A stretch of 64,000 bases of DNA from Alphaproteobacteria bacterium (GTDB lineage Bacteria; Pseudomonadota; Alphaproteobacteria; MPNO01; UBA830): positions 4,576,001 through 4,640,000 of the forward strand of contig OZ251539.1 of assembly GCA_965243135.1 (NCBI GenBank), written 5' to 3'. The notes beneath the pieces are model-generated. The model was not told the DNA's origin. It ran no database searches and was given only the letters and a program-made list of their open reading frames with translations. Below, one piece after another: positions 53,369 through 63,673 of the stretch. Each line of letters opens with the position of its first letter. The first letter of the stretch is position 1. The position numbers and the translations under genes are program-made.

Positions 53369-53908
53369 TCAACCAATCTTGACGACGTTGTCGTCGAGAA
53401 ACGTGTACGCCGGAACTTCGAGGTTGCGCGGCGCCGGGCCCTTGCGAATGCGGCCCGAGACGTCGTAGTGCGACCCGTGGCAAGGGCAGAACCAGCCGTT
53501 GAACTCGCCGCGCGCTTCGCCCTGCGACGTTCCGAGCGGGATGCAGCCGAGATGGGTGCAGACCCCGACGAGAATGAGCCACTCGGGCCGCTGCGCGCGC
53601 TCCTCGTCCGTCTCGGGATCGATCAGGTCGTCCCGGTCGGCGGCTTTCGCCTCCTCGACCTCCGCCTTGGTCCGATGCCGGATGAACACGGGCTTGCCGC
53701 GCCATTTCACCTTGATCGCCTGGCCTTCCTCGATTCCCGAGATGTCGACCTCGATCGAGGCGAGGGCGAGCGTGTCCGCGGCCGGATTCATCTGGTGGAT
53801 GAACGGCCAGGCGACCGCTCCGACGCCGATCGCTCCGATCGCGCCGGTCGTAAGCTGCAAGAAATCGCGCCGGGTTTCGCCGTCGCCGGCCGTCGCGGAT
53901 TCAGCCAT
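53369..53908 (-). CDS. petA: Ubiquinol-cytochrome c reductase Rieske subunit
   Basis: Tat motif RRDFL, CTHLGC, CPCHGS. Confidence 0.98.
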   Translation of the reverse strand: MAESATAGDGETRRDFLQLTTGAIGAIGVGAVAWPFIHQMNPAADTLALASIEVDISGIEEGQAIKVKWRGKPVFIRHRTKAEVEEAKAADRDDLIDPETDEERAQRPEWLILVGVCTHLGCIPLGTSQGEARGEFNGWFCPCHGSHYDVSGRIRKGPAPRNLEVPAYTFLDDNVVKIG

Positions 53909-54209
53909 GCTCCATACCTTTTCTCCGGTGCCGCGGCTTCGAAGGCACCTCTTTCGCAGATTGGTAACATGCGGCGGCGCACAGTGCATGCGGCGTATCG
54001 CCGCGGGCGCGCCAAGACGAGTCCACCAGCCTGACGGCGTAGCGGTATAGTCCATATTCCGGCGTCTGCAAAGCCTCGGCGGCCGGCGGAAATTTGCGCC
54101 GGCCGCAGGCGCGCTGTAATCCTCGCTCCATGCGCCGTTCGTTTGCCATGCCGCAGGGAGTCTTCCCGCGCCGCGCAATCCGCGAGCCGAACGCTCCCGG
54201 AGGACGCCA

Positions 54210-55049
54210 ATGACCGCGGCGGAAGAGCGGAAGCGGGCGGCCGAGAACTGGTTCCGCAGCCTCCGCGACGAGCTGTGCGCGGCTTTCGAGAAACTGGAGG
54301 ACGACGCGGCTCCGGACGGCGCGCCGGGCCGCTTCGTCCGCACCGCCTGGGAGCGGCCCGGCGGCGGCGGGGGCGCGATGTCGATCATGCGTGGCGGCGT
54401 GTTCGAGAAGGTCGGAGTCAACGTCTCGACCGTGCACGGCGCGTTTTCCGAAGAGTTCAGAAAGCAGATTCCCGGCGCGGAGGAGGATCCGCGCTTTTGG
54501 GCCTCGGGCGTTTCCGTGGTCGCGCACATGCGCTCGCCGTTCGTGCCCGCGGCGCACATGAACACCCGTTTCATCGTCACGACGAAGTCGTGGTTCGGCG
54601 GCGGCGCGGACCTTACCCCCGCCTATCCCGAGCCGGACGACGCGGCGGCGTTCCACGGAGCGCTCAAGGCCGCGTGCGACAAGCGCGACCCCGCCTATTA
54701 CCCGCGCTTCAGCGAGTGGTGCGACGAGTACTTCGACCTGCCGCACCGCGGCGAGAAGCGCGGGGTCGGCGGCATCTTCTACGACAATCTCGACACCGGA
54801 GACTGGGAAGCGGACTTCGCGTTCACCCGCGACGTCGGCAGCGCCTTCCTCGAAGCCTATCCCGGAATCGTGGCGCGGCGGATGCACGCTCCGTGGACCG
54901 CCGAACAACGCGAGCACCTCCTCGTCCGCCGCGGCCGTTACGTCGAGTTCAACCTTCTCTACGACCGCGGCACGGCCTTCGGACTCAGGACCGGCGGAAA
55001 TCCCGAGGCGATCCTGATGTCGCTGCCGCCCGAGGCGAAATGGCCGTAA
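54210..55049 (+). CDS. hemF: Oxygen-dependent coproporphyrinogen III oxidase
   Basis: [47 protein letters not shown]. Confidence 0.97.
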   Translation: MTAAEERKRAAENWFRSLRDELCAAFEKLEDDAAPDGAPGRFVRTAWERPGGGGGAMSIMRGGVFEKVGVNVSTVHGAFSEEFRKQIPGAEEDPRFWASGVSVVAHMRSPFVPAAHMNTRFIVTTKSWFGGGADLTPAYPEPDDAAAFHGALKAACDKRDPAYYPRFSEWCDEYFDLPHRGEKRGVGGIFYDNLDTGDWEADFAFTRDVGSAFLEAYPGIVARRMHAPWTAEQREHLLVRRGRYVEFNLLYDRGTAFGLRTGGNPEAILMSLPPEAKWP

Positions 55050-55062
55050 ACCGGGCCCGCCG

Positions 55063-56649
55063 TCAGGAAGCCTCGATCGCGAACCAACCTTCGCCTCCAT
55101 CGCGCGCGGCGACGGCCGTTTCCCGGAGTTCGCGGCGCAACACCTTGTTCGCCGCGTTGCGCGGAAACTTTTCGACGAAGGCGTAGGCTTTCGGCCGCTT
55201 GAATCGGGCGAGCGCCGAGGCCCGGCAATGGGCGTCGATCCGCCGCGCAAGCTCGCGGTCCGGCGACGCGCCTTCGGCCGGAATCACGCAGGCGGCGACC
55301 ATGCTTCCCCACCGCGCGTCCGGCATTCCGATAGCGCAGGCACCGGCGACCTCCGCGCAGCCGTCGAGAACGGCCTCGACCTCTTCCGGATGGACGCTTT
55401 CGCCGCCCGTGCGAATCATGTCGTCCACCCGCCCGACCAGGGTGACGTCGCCGTCCGCTCCCTGCACGAACACATCGCCCGTGAAGTACCAACCGCCGCG
55501 CAGTTTCTCCGCCGTCGCGTCGGGACGGCCCAGATATTCCGTGAACGCGGTGTCCACGGTCGCATCCACGATCAGTTCGCCTTCCTCCCCGATTTCCGCG
55601 AGGTCGCCGGGCCCGTCCCCTCCGAGCCGCGCGAGGCGGGTGCGCGAGTAATAGCCCGGTCGCAACGCGGCGTGCCGACCGACCGGATCCGGATGGTATA
55701 GCGAACACATCGTTTCGGTCGTGCCGTAGATGTGACGGACGACCCCGCCCCATTCCCGGTCGATGCGCTCGAGCAGGCCGGGATCGATCGCCGCGCCGCC
55801 GTAGAGCGTCAGCTCCATGGAAGCCATTTTCTCCGGAGCGTAGCCCGCGGACGACATCATCGCCTGAAACATCGTCGGTATGCAGAACGCATAGGTCAGC
55901 CGGTCGCGCGCGACCAGATCGACGGCGGCGGAAGGGTCGAACGCCGGCATGACGAAGTACGTTCCGTTGAACGCGAGCGTCACCAGGAAGAGGGCGTAGA
56001 ACCCGATGGCGTGGCTGAGCGGCATGCAGCCGAGGGTCCGGTTGTGCCCGCCGTGACGCAGTCCGACCTGGGCGGCGAGCCAGAGCAATCGCGGTTCGGT
56101 GGTCCGGTGAGCGAGAACCACGCCCTTGGGCAGGCCGGTCGTGCCCGAAGTGTGGAACACGAACGCGACGTCTTCCGCGCCGGGCCGCCGATACGGGCCG
56201 AGCGCTGCGCGGTCGCCGCGGCACTCCGCGAAATCCGTCGCCTGCTCCGTCGCGCCGCCAGCGGACCACACGGGCGCGGCTTCCGGGAAAACGGCGGCGA
56301 GGCGCCCGGAAAGGCTCGGGTCCGGCAGGACGACGGCCGCCTCGACTTCCGCGGCGGCGCACAGCGCGCCGATTTCTTCCGGCTTCATGCGGAAATTGAT
56401 CAGCACCGGCGCCGCGTTCAGCCGCATGAGGGCGAGCAGCGCGATGCAATGCTCCCGCGACCCCGGCAGGGCGGTCGCGACGCGGCTGCCGGGTCCGACG
56501 CCGCGGGCGGCGAAACCGGCCGCGACCGTCTCGATCTCGTCCGCCAGCTCGCCGTAGGAAAGCTCGCGGCCCGCGCCGCGGTCGACGATCGCCGGACGGT
56601 TCGGCGTGCGCTCGGCCGCGAGCCGGAAGATTTCGAAACCGGAATGCAT
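55063..56649 (-). CDS. Aryl-CoA ligase, 4-chlorobenzoate:CoA ligase-like
   Basis: TSGTTGLPKG, QVGLRHG.HN..LG.MPL.H..GF, YGTTE, GRVDDMI..GGE, PRNA.NKVLR. Confidence 0.85.
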   Translation of the reverse strand: MHSGFEIFRLAAERTPNRPAIVDRGAGRELSYGELADEIETVAAGFAARGVGPGSRVATALPGSREHCIALLALMRLNAAPVLINFRMKPEEIGALCAAAEVEAAVVLPDPSLSGRLAAVFPEAAPVWSAGGATEQATDFAECRGDRAALGPYRRPGAEDVAFVFHTSGTTGLPKGVVLAHRTTEPRLLWLAAQVGLRHGGHNRTLGCMPLSHAIGFYALFLVTLAFNGTYFVMPAFDPSAAVDLVARDRLTYAFCIPTMFQAMMSSAGYAPEKMASMELTLYGGAAIDPGLLERIDREWGGVVRHIYGTTETMCSLYHPDPVGRHAALRPGYYSRTRLARLGGDGPGDLAEIGEEGELIVDATVDTAFTEYLGRPDATAEKLRGGWYFTGDVFVQGADGDVTLVGRVDDMIRTGGESVHPEEVEAVLDGCAEVAGACAIGMPDARWGSMVAACVIPAEGASPDRELARRIDAHCRASALARFKRPKAYAFVEKFPRNAANKVLRRELRETAVAARDGGEGWFAIEAS

Positions 56650-56924
56650 GCCGCCCTCCCCTGGCATTCATGATTTGGCGGACAGGCGAACCGCGCCGCC
56701 GCCGCAAGCGGTCGTCGGTGCGCGATCATATGTTCTTGACGGCGAGAGACAACCGAACCTCGGCGCCGTCGGCCCGAGGCCGGAAATTCCCGGCGGCGGG
56801 CGCCGTCCGCGCCGCGGACGAGAGCGGACGCGGCGACGCGAAATCCGGCGGCGAAACCTGTGCGGAGCGCCGCGCTTCCGGTCGCCGCCGGTAGAGGGTA
56901 GTCTGCCGCCCGGGAGGAACCGCC

Positions 56925-58478
56925 ATGACGCAATCGGAGACCGGCCTGCGGTCGTGGATTGCGGCGCTCGAAGCGGCCGGCGAATTGCGGCGGGTGAAGG
57001 CGCGCGTGGACTGGGACGGAGAAATCGGCGCCGTGACGCGCGCCAATCTGGCTCTGGCCGGACCGGCGTTGCTGTTCGAGAACATCCGCGACCACGGCGA
57101 CACGCTGTGCACCCGCCTGATGACCTGCGGCCTGTCGACCCGGAAACGCGTCGCCATGATGGCGGGCCTTCCGCCGGACGCGTCCGACAAGGATCTGGTT
57201 CGGCACTTCAGGAACCGGTATCGGTCGCCGACGGCCCCTGTCGTGGTCGACGACGGGCCCGTGAAGGCGCATACGCTGCGCGACAACCAGATCGACCTCG
57301 GCCAGTTCCCGGCGCCGCGATGGCACGGCTCCGACGGCGGGCGCTACATCGATACGTTCTGCGGCGTCGTCACCCGCGACCCCGAGACCGGGCGCGAAAA
57401 CGTCGGCCTCTACCGCGGCATGGTGGCGGGGCGCAACCGGATCGCCAAGCTGATGGCGCCGACGCAGGGCTGGGGCGGGCATTTCGGAAAGCACCGCGAC
57501 GCCGGCGAGAGGATGCCGGTCGCGGTGGTGCACGGCTGGCACGACGCGCTGCCGTTCTGCGCCGGCAGCCCCTTTCCCCGCCGCGTCTGCGAGTGGGACA
57601 TGATGGGAGCGATTCTCGGAAAGCCCGTCGAGCTGGTGAAGTGCGAAACCGTCGATCTGCACGTCCCGGCGAGCGCCGAGTTCGTGATCGAGGGGCATAT
57701 CGATCCGGAGACTTCGGCGATGGAAGGCCCGTTCGCCGACTACCCGGGCCATCAGGGAGGCAAGCCGGCGCCCAGGCCGGTCCTGGAAATCGACTGCGTC
57801 ACCCATCGTGACGACCCGATCCTGCGGGGCGCGCTCGAGGGCGCGCGTCCGGGCCTTCCCAGCGAAGATTCGACCCTCTGCGCCTATTCGTGGTCGGCGA
57901 TCGCCTGGAACATGCTCGACGACGCCGGCGTGGACGGCGTCGTCGACGTCTGGATGCCGCCGGTCGTCACGGGCATGAGCGTCGTCGTCCAGGTTCGCAA
58001 GCGCTATCACGGGCATGCGCAGCAGGTCGCCTCCGCGTTGTGGGGATCGGCGGCCGGCCAGTGGTTTTTCAAGAACGTGACGGTCGTGGAGGAGGACATC
58101 GACCTCCGCGACCGCGAGGCGCTCGAATGGGCGATGGCGTTCCGGGTCAATGCCGGCGAGGGAGGAATCCAGACCTTCGGCCCGACCTTCGGATCCGTTC
58201 TCGACCCTTCGGTCAGAGTCGAGCACGCCGACATCGCCAAGTACGGAACGGGGCGCTGGACCCGCCTCCTGATTGACGCGACCCGCAACTGGACTTTCGA
58301 GCGCAACCCGGATTGGGCCGGCCGGCGCATGGCGCCTATCGCGGCGATGGATCCGGCGCTCGAGAGCAAGATCGCGAAACGCTGGAAAGAATACGGCATC
58401 GGCGTCGACTATCTCGACGAGGACATGCGCGAGCGCCTCACCCTCGAGAAGCTGCGGATGCGCCTGCCCGAGGCTTGA
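56925..58478 (+). CDS. UbiD family prFMN-dependent (de)carboxylase
   Basis: GPALLFENI, DGGRYI.T, NVGLYR, VPA.AE.VIEG, EGPF.DY.G, VEEDID, IDAT. Confidence 0.9.
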   Translation: MTQSETGLRSWIAALEAAGELRRVKARVDWDGEIGAVTRANLALAGPALLFENIRDHGDTLCTRLMTCGLSTRKRVAMMAGLPPDASDKDLVRHFRNRYRSPTAPVVVDDGPVKAHTLRDNQIDLGQFPAPRWHGSDGGRYIDTFCGVVTRDPETGRENVGLYRGMVAGRNRIAKLMAPTQGWGGHFGKHRDAGERMPVAVVHGWHDALPFCAGSPFPRRVCEWDMMGAILGKPVELVKCETVDLHVPASAEFVIEGHIDPETSAMEGPFADYPGHQGGKPAPRPVLEIDCVTHRDDPILRGALEGARPGLPSEDSTLCAYSWSAIAWNMLDDAGVDGVVDVWMPPVVTGMSVVVQVRKRYHGHAQQVASALWGSAAGQWFFKNVTVVEEDIDLRDREALEWAMAFRVNAGEGGIQTFGPTFGSVLDPSVRVEHADIAKYGTGRWTRLLIDATRNWTFERNPDWAGRRMAPIAAMDPALESKIAKRWKEYGIGVDYLDEDMRERLTLEKLRMRLPEA

Positions 58479-58589
58479 CGCGCCGCGGCGGCGTCAGGCC
58501 GCCGAGCCGCCGCCTTCGCTTTGCCGGTTGAACGCCGCGGACGGCAAACGATATGATCAAGCGTCATTCGCAGGAGGGGCAGCTGCGTC

Positions 58590-59094
58590 ATGCACACTTT
58601 CGCTATCGCCTTGAACGAGGCGAACCCGGACATCGTCGAACGCATCGAGGGGAAATACCCGGATCACTACCGGATCACCGACACGTTGTTCTTGGTCGCC
58701 GACGACGCCATAGCCGAAAAGGTGGCGACAACGGTCGGAATCAAGGGCGACGACCGCATCGAGAACGCGCGAGGCGTCGTGTTCAAGCTGAATGGCGCCT
58801 ATTCGGGCCATTCGTCGCGTTCTCTCTGGGTCTGGCTCACAGCCGCCGGAAAAAGGACCGCGACCTGGGAAGCGGGCAGCGATTTTCTGCCCAGACCCGA
58901 CGCCTCGGCAAATTCCTGCGGGGATAGGGGGGGGGGGCAACGAGACTCGGCTGGCAAGACTGGAGACCCGCACAGAATACCTTGCGACAAAGGAAGACGT
59001 CCAAAAGATCAAGGTTTGGGTTTTGATGGGCGCGCTCGCCGCCGCGGCGATCTGCGCTACCCTTGCGGTCGGGATCTTGAAACTATTGGGGTAG
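58590..59094 (+). CDS. Hypothetical protein split by a G11 tract (about 90-aa domain plus a coiled-coil/TM tail in another frame)
   Basis: RBS GGAGGGG; deleting one G from G11 (58927-58937) gives a 167-aa ORF ending RLARLETRTEYLATKEDVQKIKVWVLMGALAAAAICATLAVGILKLLG. Confidence 0.55.
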
Positions 59095-60334
59095 CGGCGG
59101 CGCCCGCGCTCTTCCGTTCGACGATCTCGCGGAGCCGGCCGAGGCAGGCCTCGCGATCGGGACCGAAAGCCCGCGCGATCCACCAGTCCTCGACGGCTTC
59201 GAGAAACGCGCCCACGGCAGGCCCTTCGGAAACGCCCGCCTTCATCACGTCGCCGCCGAAGAGCGGAAACCGCGGCGGCGGATCGGCAGCCATGTCCGTC
59301 AGTTCCCGCCGGTCGCAGTCCGGCTCGGCGGCTCGTTCGAGCAACGCCACGTGGCGAAAGACCTCGGCGCCGAGCCGGTAAAGCAAACGCCGGGCGGACG
59401 CCGAAGGCATGCCGGGAAAAAGGACTCCCCGATGGGCGGCCAACGCATCGAGCAGATCCGCCTCGGCGCGCGACATGCGCATCCGCCTCGCGACCCATCG
59501 CGCGTCGCGCCGCGACAGCGGCGCCAGCGCCATAAGACGACGCACCGGTTCGGTTTCGAGGGACGCCGCGCGCTCGATCCGGGCAAGGTCGACGACCGTC
59601 CCCAAGCTGCGCGGACCCGGCAAAAGCCTGCCCAGCACGCCGGCCTCCTCCATAAGGTAGAGCGCCTGCCCGGGCGAAGGCGCCGCCAGGATCCGCCGCA
59701 TCTCGTACCACGCGCGTTCGCCCGACAGCGCGTCGAGGCGATCGGCCGCCGCCGCGCACGCGGCGATCGCTCTCTCTTCCGGCGGGCCGCGACCGAACCG
59801 CCCGTAAAACCGGAAATACCTCAGGATCCTGAGACAATCCTCCGCAATGCGGTCGGCCGGGTCGCCGACGAAACGCACCCGCCCTTTCTTGAGGTCCTCG
59901 ACTCCCCCGAAGTAGTCGTAAACGCGGCCGGCGCGATCGGCCGACAGCGCGTTGATGGTCAGATCGCGGCGCGCCGCATCTTCCTCCCAGTCCGCGGTGA
60001 AGCTCACCACCGCCCTGCGGCCGTCGGTCGCGACGTCTCGGCGCAGCGTCGTGATCTGAACGGCTTGCCCAAAACCCGGCGCCGCCGTGACGGTGCCGTG
60101 TTCGATGCCGGTCGGGATCGCCCTTATGCCCGCCTTCTTCAACAGGCCGAGAACGCGCGAAGGAACTGCGTTCGTGGCCAAATCGTAATCTTCGATCCGG
60201 CGGCCCGCTATGGCGTCGCGGACGCAGCCGCCGACGAGGCGCACCGCTGCGCCCTCCGCTTCCAGCGCATCGAATACCCGATGGACATCGCCGTCGAACG
60301 TCCATTTCACCGGCTCCGCGGCTAGTTCCGCCAC
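59057..60334 (-). CDS. cca: CCA tRNA nucleotidyltransferase
   Basis: LVGGCVRD, D.DLAT, EHGTV, TLRRD, DAARRDLTINA, RI.ED.LRILRYFRF. Confidence 0.92.
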   Translation of the reverse strand: MAELAAEPVKWTFDGDVHRVFDALEAEGAAVRLVGGCVRDAIAGRRIEDYDLATNAVPSRVLGLLKKAGIRAIPTGIEHGTVTAAPGFGQAVQITTLRRDVATDGRRAVVSFTADWEEDAARRDLTINALSADRAGRVYDYFGGVEDLKKGRVRFVGDPADRIAEDCLRILRYFRFYGRFGRGPPEERAIAACAAAADRLDALSGERAWYEMRRILAAPSPGQALYLMEEAGVLGRLLPGPRSLGTVVDLARIERAASLETEPVRRLMALAPLSRRDARWVARRMRMSRAEADLLDALAAHRGVLFPGMPSASARRLLYRLGAEVFRHVALLERAAEPDCDRRELTDMAADPPPRFPLFGGDVMKAGVSEGPAVGAFLEAVEDWWIARAFGPDREACLGRLREIVERKSAGAAATPIVSRSRPQG

Positions 60335-60594
60335 TCGTGCGTCTCTACGTCGATCGGGCGATAGGGATCTTCCTTGAACATGTCGTGCACGAGCAGGAAC
60401 GTTCCGATCACCGCCATCATGAGAAGAACGGCCGCAAGCAGCAGGCGGCCTTTCGGCGCTTCGTCGAAATCCGGCGGCAACTGGTCGCCCGTCGCGGGAT
60501 CGATCCTGGGCGGCGCGACGAATATCCGCCAGAGATACCATGCCGCGTAGGGCGCGATCAGCGGCAAGACCACCAGGAGCAGCAGCCTGATCAC
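60322..60594 (-). CDS. Small membrane protein (DUF6111-like)
   Basis: Two TM segments; overlaps both neighbouring genes, between the Nudix gene and cca. Confidence 0.65.
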   Translation of the reverse strand: MIRLLLLVVLPLIAPYAAWYLWRIFVAPPRIDPATGDQLPPDFDEAPKGRLLLAAVLLMMAVIGTFLLVHDMFKEDPYRPIDVETHEWRN

Positions 60595-61181
60595 GGCGGA
60601 TCCAGCGCGTCGCACAGCGCGACGAGAAGCCGCGCCGTCAGGCCCCAGATATAGAAATCCCCGTAGGGCATCGCATGAAATCTCCTTTCGACGCCTTCCC
60701 GAAGCCGAACTTCGGTTCTGTGGTTGCCGCGATCGAGCACGAAGGCGAGGGGCACTTCGAACACGGCGTCCACCTCCCCGGCGGCCGGCCGCAGCTCGAA
60801 CGGCGGCCGCGCCAGCCCGACGACCGGCGTGACCCGGAATCCGGTGCCGGTGACTCGCCGGGCGAGACGGCCAAGGATCTCGATCCGTTCGCGGGCCAGG
60901 CCGACCTCCTCCTCGGTCTCGCGCAGCGCGGCGGCCTCTGGAGAGCCGTCGCCCCGCTCGATCTTGCCGCCCGGAAACGAGATCTGGCCGGCATGCTTTT
61001 CCAGATTCCGGGTCCGGCGAGTCAGCAGAATCGTCGCGCCTTCCGGTCGCGGCACGAGCGGCACGAGCACCGCAGCTTCGACAACCGGCGCGAGACCCGC
61101 CTCCGGCGTCTCGTCGAGAGCGACGTCCGCGCAGCGCAGCGCGGACGCGATCCGCTCGCGAAAGACGCAGCCGTCAGGCAT
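60591..61181 (-). CDS. CoA pyrophosphatase (Nudix)
   Basis: AAVLVPL, LLTRR..L..HAGQISFPGG, AALRETEEEVGL, IWGLTA. Confidence 0.93.
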   Translation of the reverse strand: MPDGCVFRERIASALRCADVALDETPEAGLAPVVEAAVLVPLVPRPEGATILLTRRTRNLEKHAGQISFPGGKIERGDGSPEAAALRETEEEVGLARERIEILGRLARRVTGTGFRVTPVVGLARPPFELRPAAGEVDAVFEVPLAFVLDRGNHRTEVRLREGVERRFHAMPYGDFYIWGLTARLLVALCDALDPP

Positions 61182-61728
61182 CGTCGAGCGCTCCGATCTC
61201 GAAGAACGCGCCGCCGCTCCAAACGCCCAGCGTCCGGCCGGACGATCCGGCCCGCTCCGCGCCGATCTCCACCAGATCGTAGAAGACCGAACGCGAGATC
61301 AGCGCTTCGAGGCCGTCCCGGACATGGACGTAGGGCGACGGCTCTCCCGTCGCCGCGTCGGTTTCCACGCGAATCGGATGGTCGCGGCCCGCCGCGACTT
61401 CCTCGTCCAGATTAGTCAGAAAAGCGACGATCTGGTCCCGGCCGCTCCCCTTGACGGTCATGCCGACGGCCGTGAACGGCGCGTCCTCGACCCGTATCCG
61501 GCACATCTCGGCCGGCGTGATCAACCAGAATTCGCCGGATTCGTCGCGCCGCAGCACGGACGCGAACAGACGGACGAGAGATTTTCGACCGATGGGCGAT
61601 CCCATGTAGTACCATGTCCCGTCGCGGGCGATCCGCATGTCGATGTCGCCGCACATCTGCGGACCGCCGGACCGCGGCCTGCGTTGTCCAAGCGAACGTT
61701 CGAGTTTATCAAGAGAGCCGACCTGCAT
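61174..61728 (-). CDS. DUF1285 family protein
   Basis: CGDIDMRI.RDG.W.Y.GSPI.R..LV.LF.SVL, LITP.E, VEDAPF, PYV.VR..LEA. Confidence 0.88.
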   Translation of the reverse strand: MQVGSLDKLERSLGQRRPRSGGPQMCGDIDMRIARDGTWYYMGSPIGRKSLVRLFASVLRRDESGEFWLITPAEMCRIRVEDAPFTAVGMTVKGSGRDQIVAFLTNLDEEVAAGRDHPIRVETDAATGEPSPYVHVRDGLEALISRSVFYDLVEIGAERAGSSGRTLGVWSGGAFFEIGALDDA

Positions 61729-61763
61729 GAGATCAAGTTACTACCCCTGCACGGAGGTTTGAA

Positions 61764-62771
61764 GTGACCGAAATCCCGAGCGCGGCAACGGACGCGGAAC
61801 GACCGGTCGCCGAGATCGAGGCCCTCGGTCGAAGGATGGACGCCGTCCGGCAGAACATCGGGCGCGTCATTTTCGGCCAGCGCGAGGCGGTCGACCAGAC
61901 GCTCATCACCATCCTCGCGGGCGGGCACGCGCTGTTCGTGGGCTATCCGGGGCTCGGCAAGACGCGGCTCGTGGAAACGCTGGGCGCAGTGCTGGGCCTC
62001 CAGTCGCGCCGCATCCAGTTCACCCCCGACCTGATGCCGCCGGATATCCTGGGATCCGAAGTTCTGGAAGAGGACGATTCCGGCCGCCGCTCGTTTCGTT
62101 TCATACGCGGCCCCGTGTTCAGCCAGCTTCTGATGGCCGACGAAATCAACCGCGCGAGCCCGCGCACCCAGTCGGCGCTCCTTCAGGCGATGCAGGAATA
62201 CCGCGTATCCGTCGCCGGACAGGACCACGTTCTCGACCCGCCGTTCCACGTGCTTGCAACCCAGAACCCCATCGAGCTCGAGGGAACCTATCCGCTGCCC
62301 GAGGCGCAGCTCGACCGTTTCCTGCTGCAGGTCGACATCGGCTATCCGGACGAGTCGGCGGAAAAGCAGATGTTGATCGCCACGACCGGCGTCGAACAGG
62401 CGAGCGCCGACCAGGTTCTGTCCGCGGCGGATCTCGTCGCGGCCCAGCGCCTCGTCCGCATGGTTCCGGTCGGCGATTCCGTGGTGACGGCGATCCTCAA
62501 GCTGGTCCGCGCAGGGCGCCCCGACGAGTCCGACGACCCGACGATTCGCGACAGCCTGTCCTGGGGTCCCGGACCGCGCGCAAGCCAGGCGTTGATGCTG
62601 GCGATCCGGGCGCGGGCGCTTCTGGACGGGAGATTCGCGCCCTCCGTCGACGACGTGATCGCCCTTGCCCCGTCCGTCCTGCGGCACCGCATGGCGTTGA
62701 CGTTCTCGGCGCGCGCCGACGGAATCACCATCGACCAAATCATCTCGCGCCTTTGCGGGCTGCTCGCGTGA
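61764..62771 (+). CDS. moxR: MoxR family AAA+ ATPase
   Basis: PGLGKT, RIQFTPDLMP, ADEINRA.P.TQSALL, ATQNPIE.EGTYPLPEAQLDRF. Confidence 0.96.
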   Translation: MTEIPSAATDAERPVAEIEALGRRMDAVRQNIGRVIFGQREAVDQTLITILAGGHALFVGYPGLGKTRLVETLGAVLGLQSRRIQFTPDLMPPDILGSEVLEEDDSGRRSFRFIRGPVFSQLLMADEINRASPRTQSALLQAMQEYRVSVAGQDHVLDPPFHVLATQNPIELEGTYPLPEAQLDRFLLQVDIGYPDESAEKQMLIATTGVEQASADQVLSAADLVAAQRLVRMVPVGDSVVTAILKLVRAGRPDESDDPTIRDSLSWGPGPRASQALMLAIRARALLDGRFAPSVDDVIALAPSVLRHRMALTFSARADGITIDQIISRLCGLLA

Positions 62772-63673
62772 AAACGCCCAGGCCCGCCGTCAACCCGACG
62801 TTGGCGCCGGCCAGGATCCGCCGCCGCGCCGAAGAAGCCGCATCTCATCTTCCGCCTCTGCTGGTCAAGGCGGAACGCGTCGCGACGATCGTCGCCCAAG
62901 GAGTCCACGGTCGCCGCCGGGCGGGAGTCGGCGACGCCTTCTGGCAATACCGCCGCTATCAGCCGGGGGATCCGGTGCAGAGCATCGACTGGCGCCAGTC
63001 GGCCAAGGCGCAGGTGGCCTATGTCCGCGAAAACGAGTGGGAAGCCGCCCAGAACGTCTATCTTTGGGTCGACCGGTCGCGGTCCATGAGCTGGCATTCC
63101 CACCCCGACCTGCCGACCAAAGCGGCGCGCGCGGCGGTGCTGACGCTGGCGCTCGCGTCGCTGCTGGTCCGGGGCGGAGAACGGATCGCCTTGCTCGGCG
63201 GGGGACGGCCCGCCACCGGCCGCGCCGTGCTTTCGCGCCTGGCGGTCGAGTTGTCCCGGGAGACCGGCGGGCAGCCCGGCCTGCCGTCCGTCGAAGGCCT
63301 GCGCCGTCACGGCCGGCTTGTCCTGGTCGGCGACATGCTGCATCCGGTGGAGGAAATAGAACCGGTCATTCGACGCTTTTCCGCGGACGGACACTGCGGC
63401 CACGTCGTTGAGATCCGCGATCCCGCGGAGGAAGCGCTCCCTTTCTCCGGACGCACGAGATTCGAAGGGCTCGAAGGGGAAGGAGCGGCGCTTCTCGGCC
63501 GCGTCGAATCCGTCCGCGGCGAATATGCCGGCCTCGTGGCGGCGAATCGCCGCGCGCTGGCCGACGCCTGCAGAGCGAACGGCTGGTCGTTTTCGCTCAA
63601 CCGGACGGACCAGCCCGTCGAACCCTCGCTGCTCGCGCTGCACATGACGCTGTCGGAGATGGAGCGCATGTAG
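62768..63673 (+). CDS. DUF58 domain protein
   Basis: G.HGRRRAG.G..FWQYR.Y.PGD, IDWR.SA, VRE.EWE, D.S.SM. Confidence 0.92.
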   Translation: MKTPRPAVNPTLAPARIRRRAEEAASHLPPLLVKAERVATIVAQGVHGRRRAGVGDAFWQYRRYQPGDPVQSIDWRQSAKAQVAYVRENEWEAAQNVYLWVDRSRSMSWHSHPDLPTKAARAAVLTLALASLLVRGGERIALLGGGRPATGRAVLSRLAVELSRETGGQPGLPSVEGLRRHGRLVLVGDMLHPVEEIEPVIRRFSADGHCGHVVEIRDPAEEALPFSGRTRFEGLEGEGAALLGRVESVRGEYAGLVAANRRALADACRANGWSFSLNRTDQPVEPSLLALHMTLSEMERM

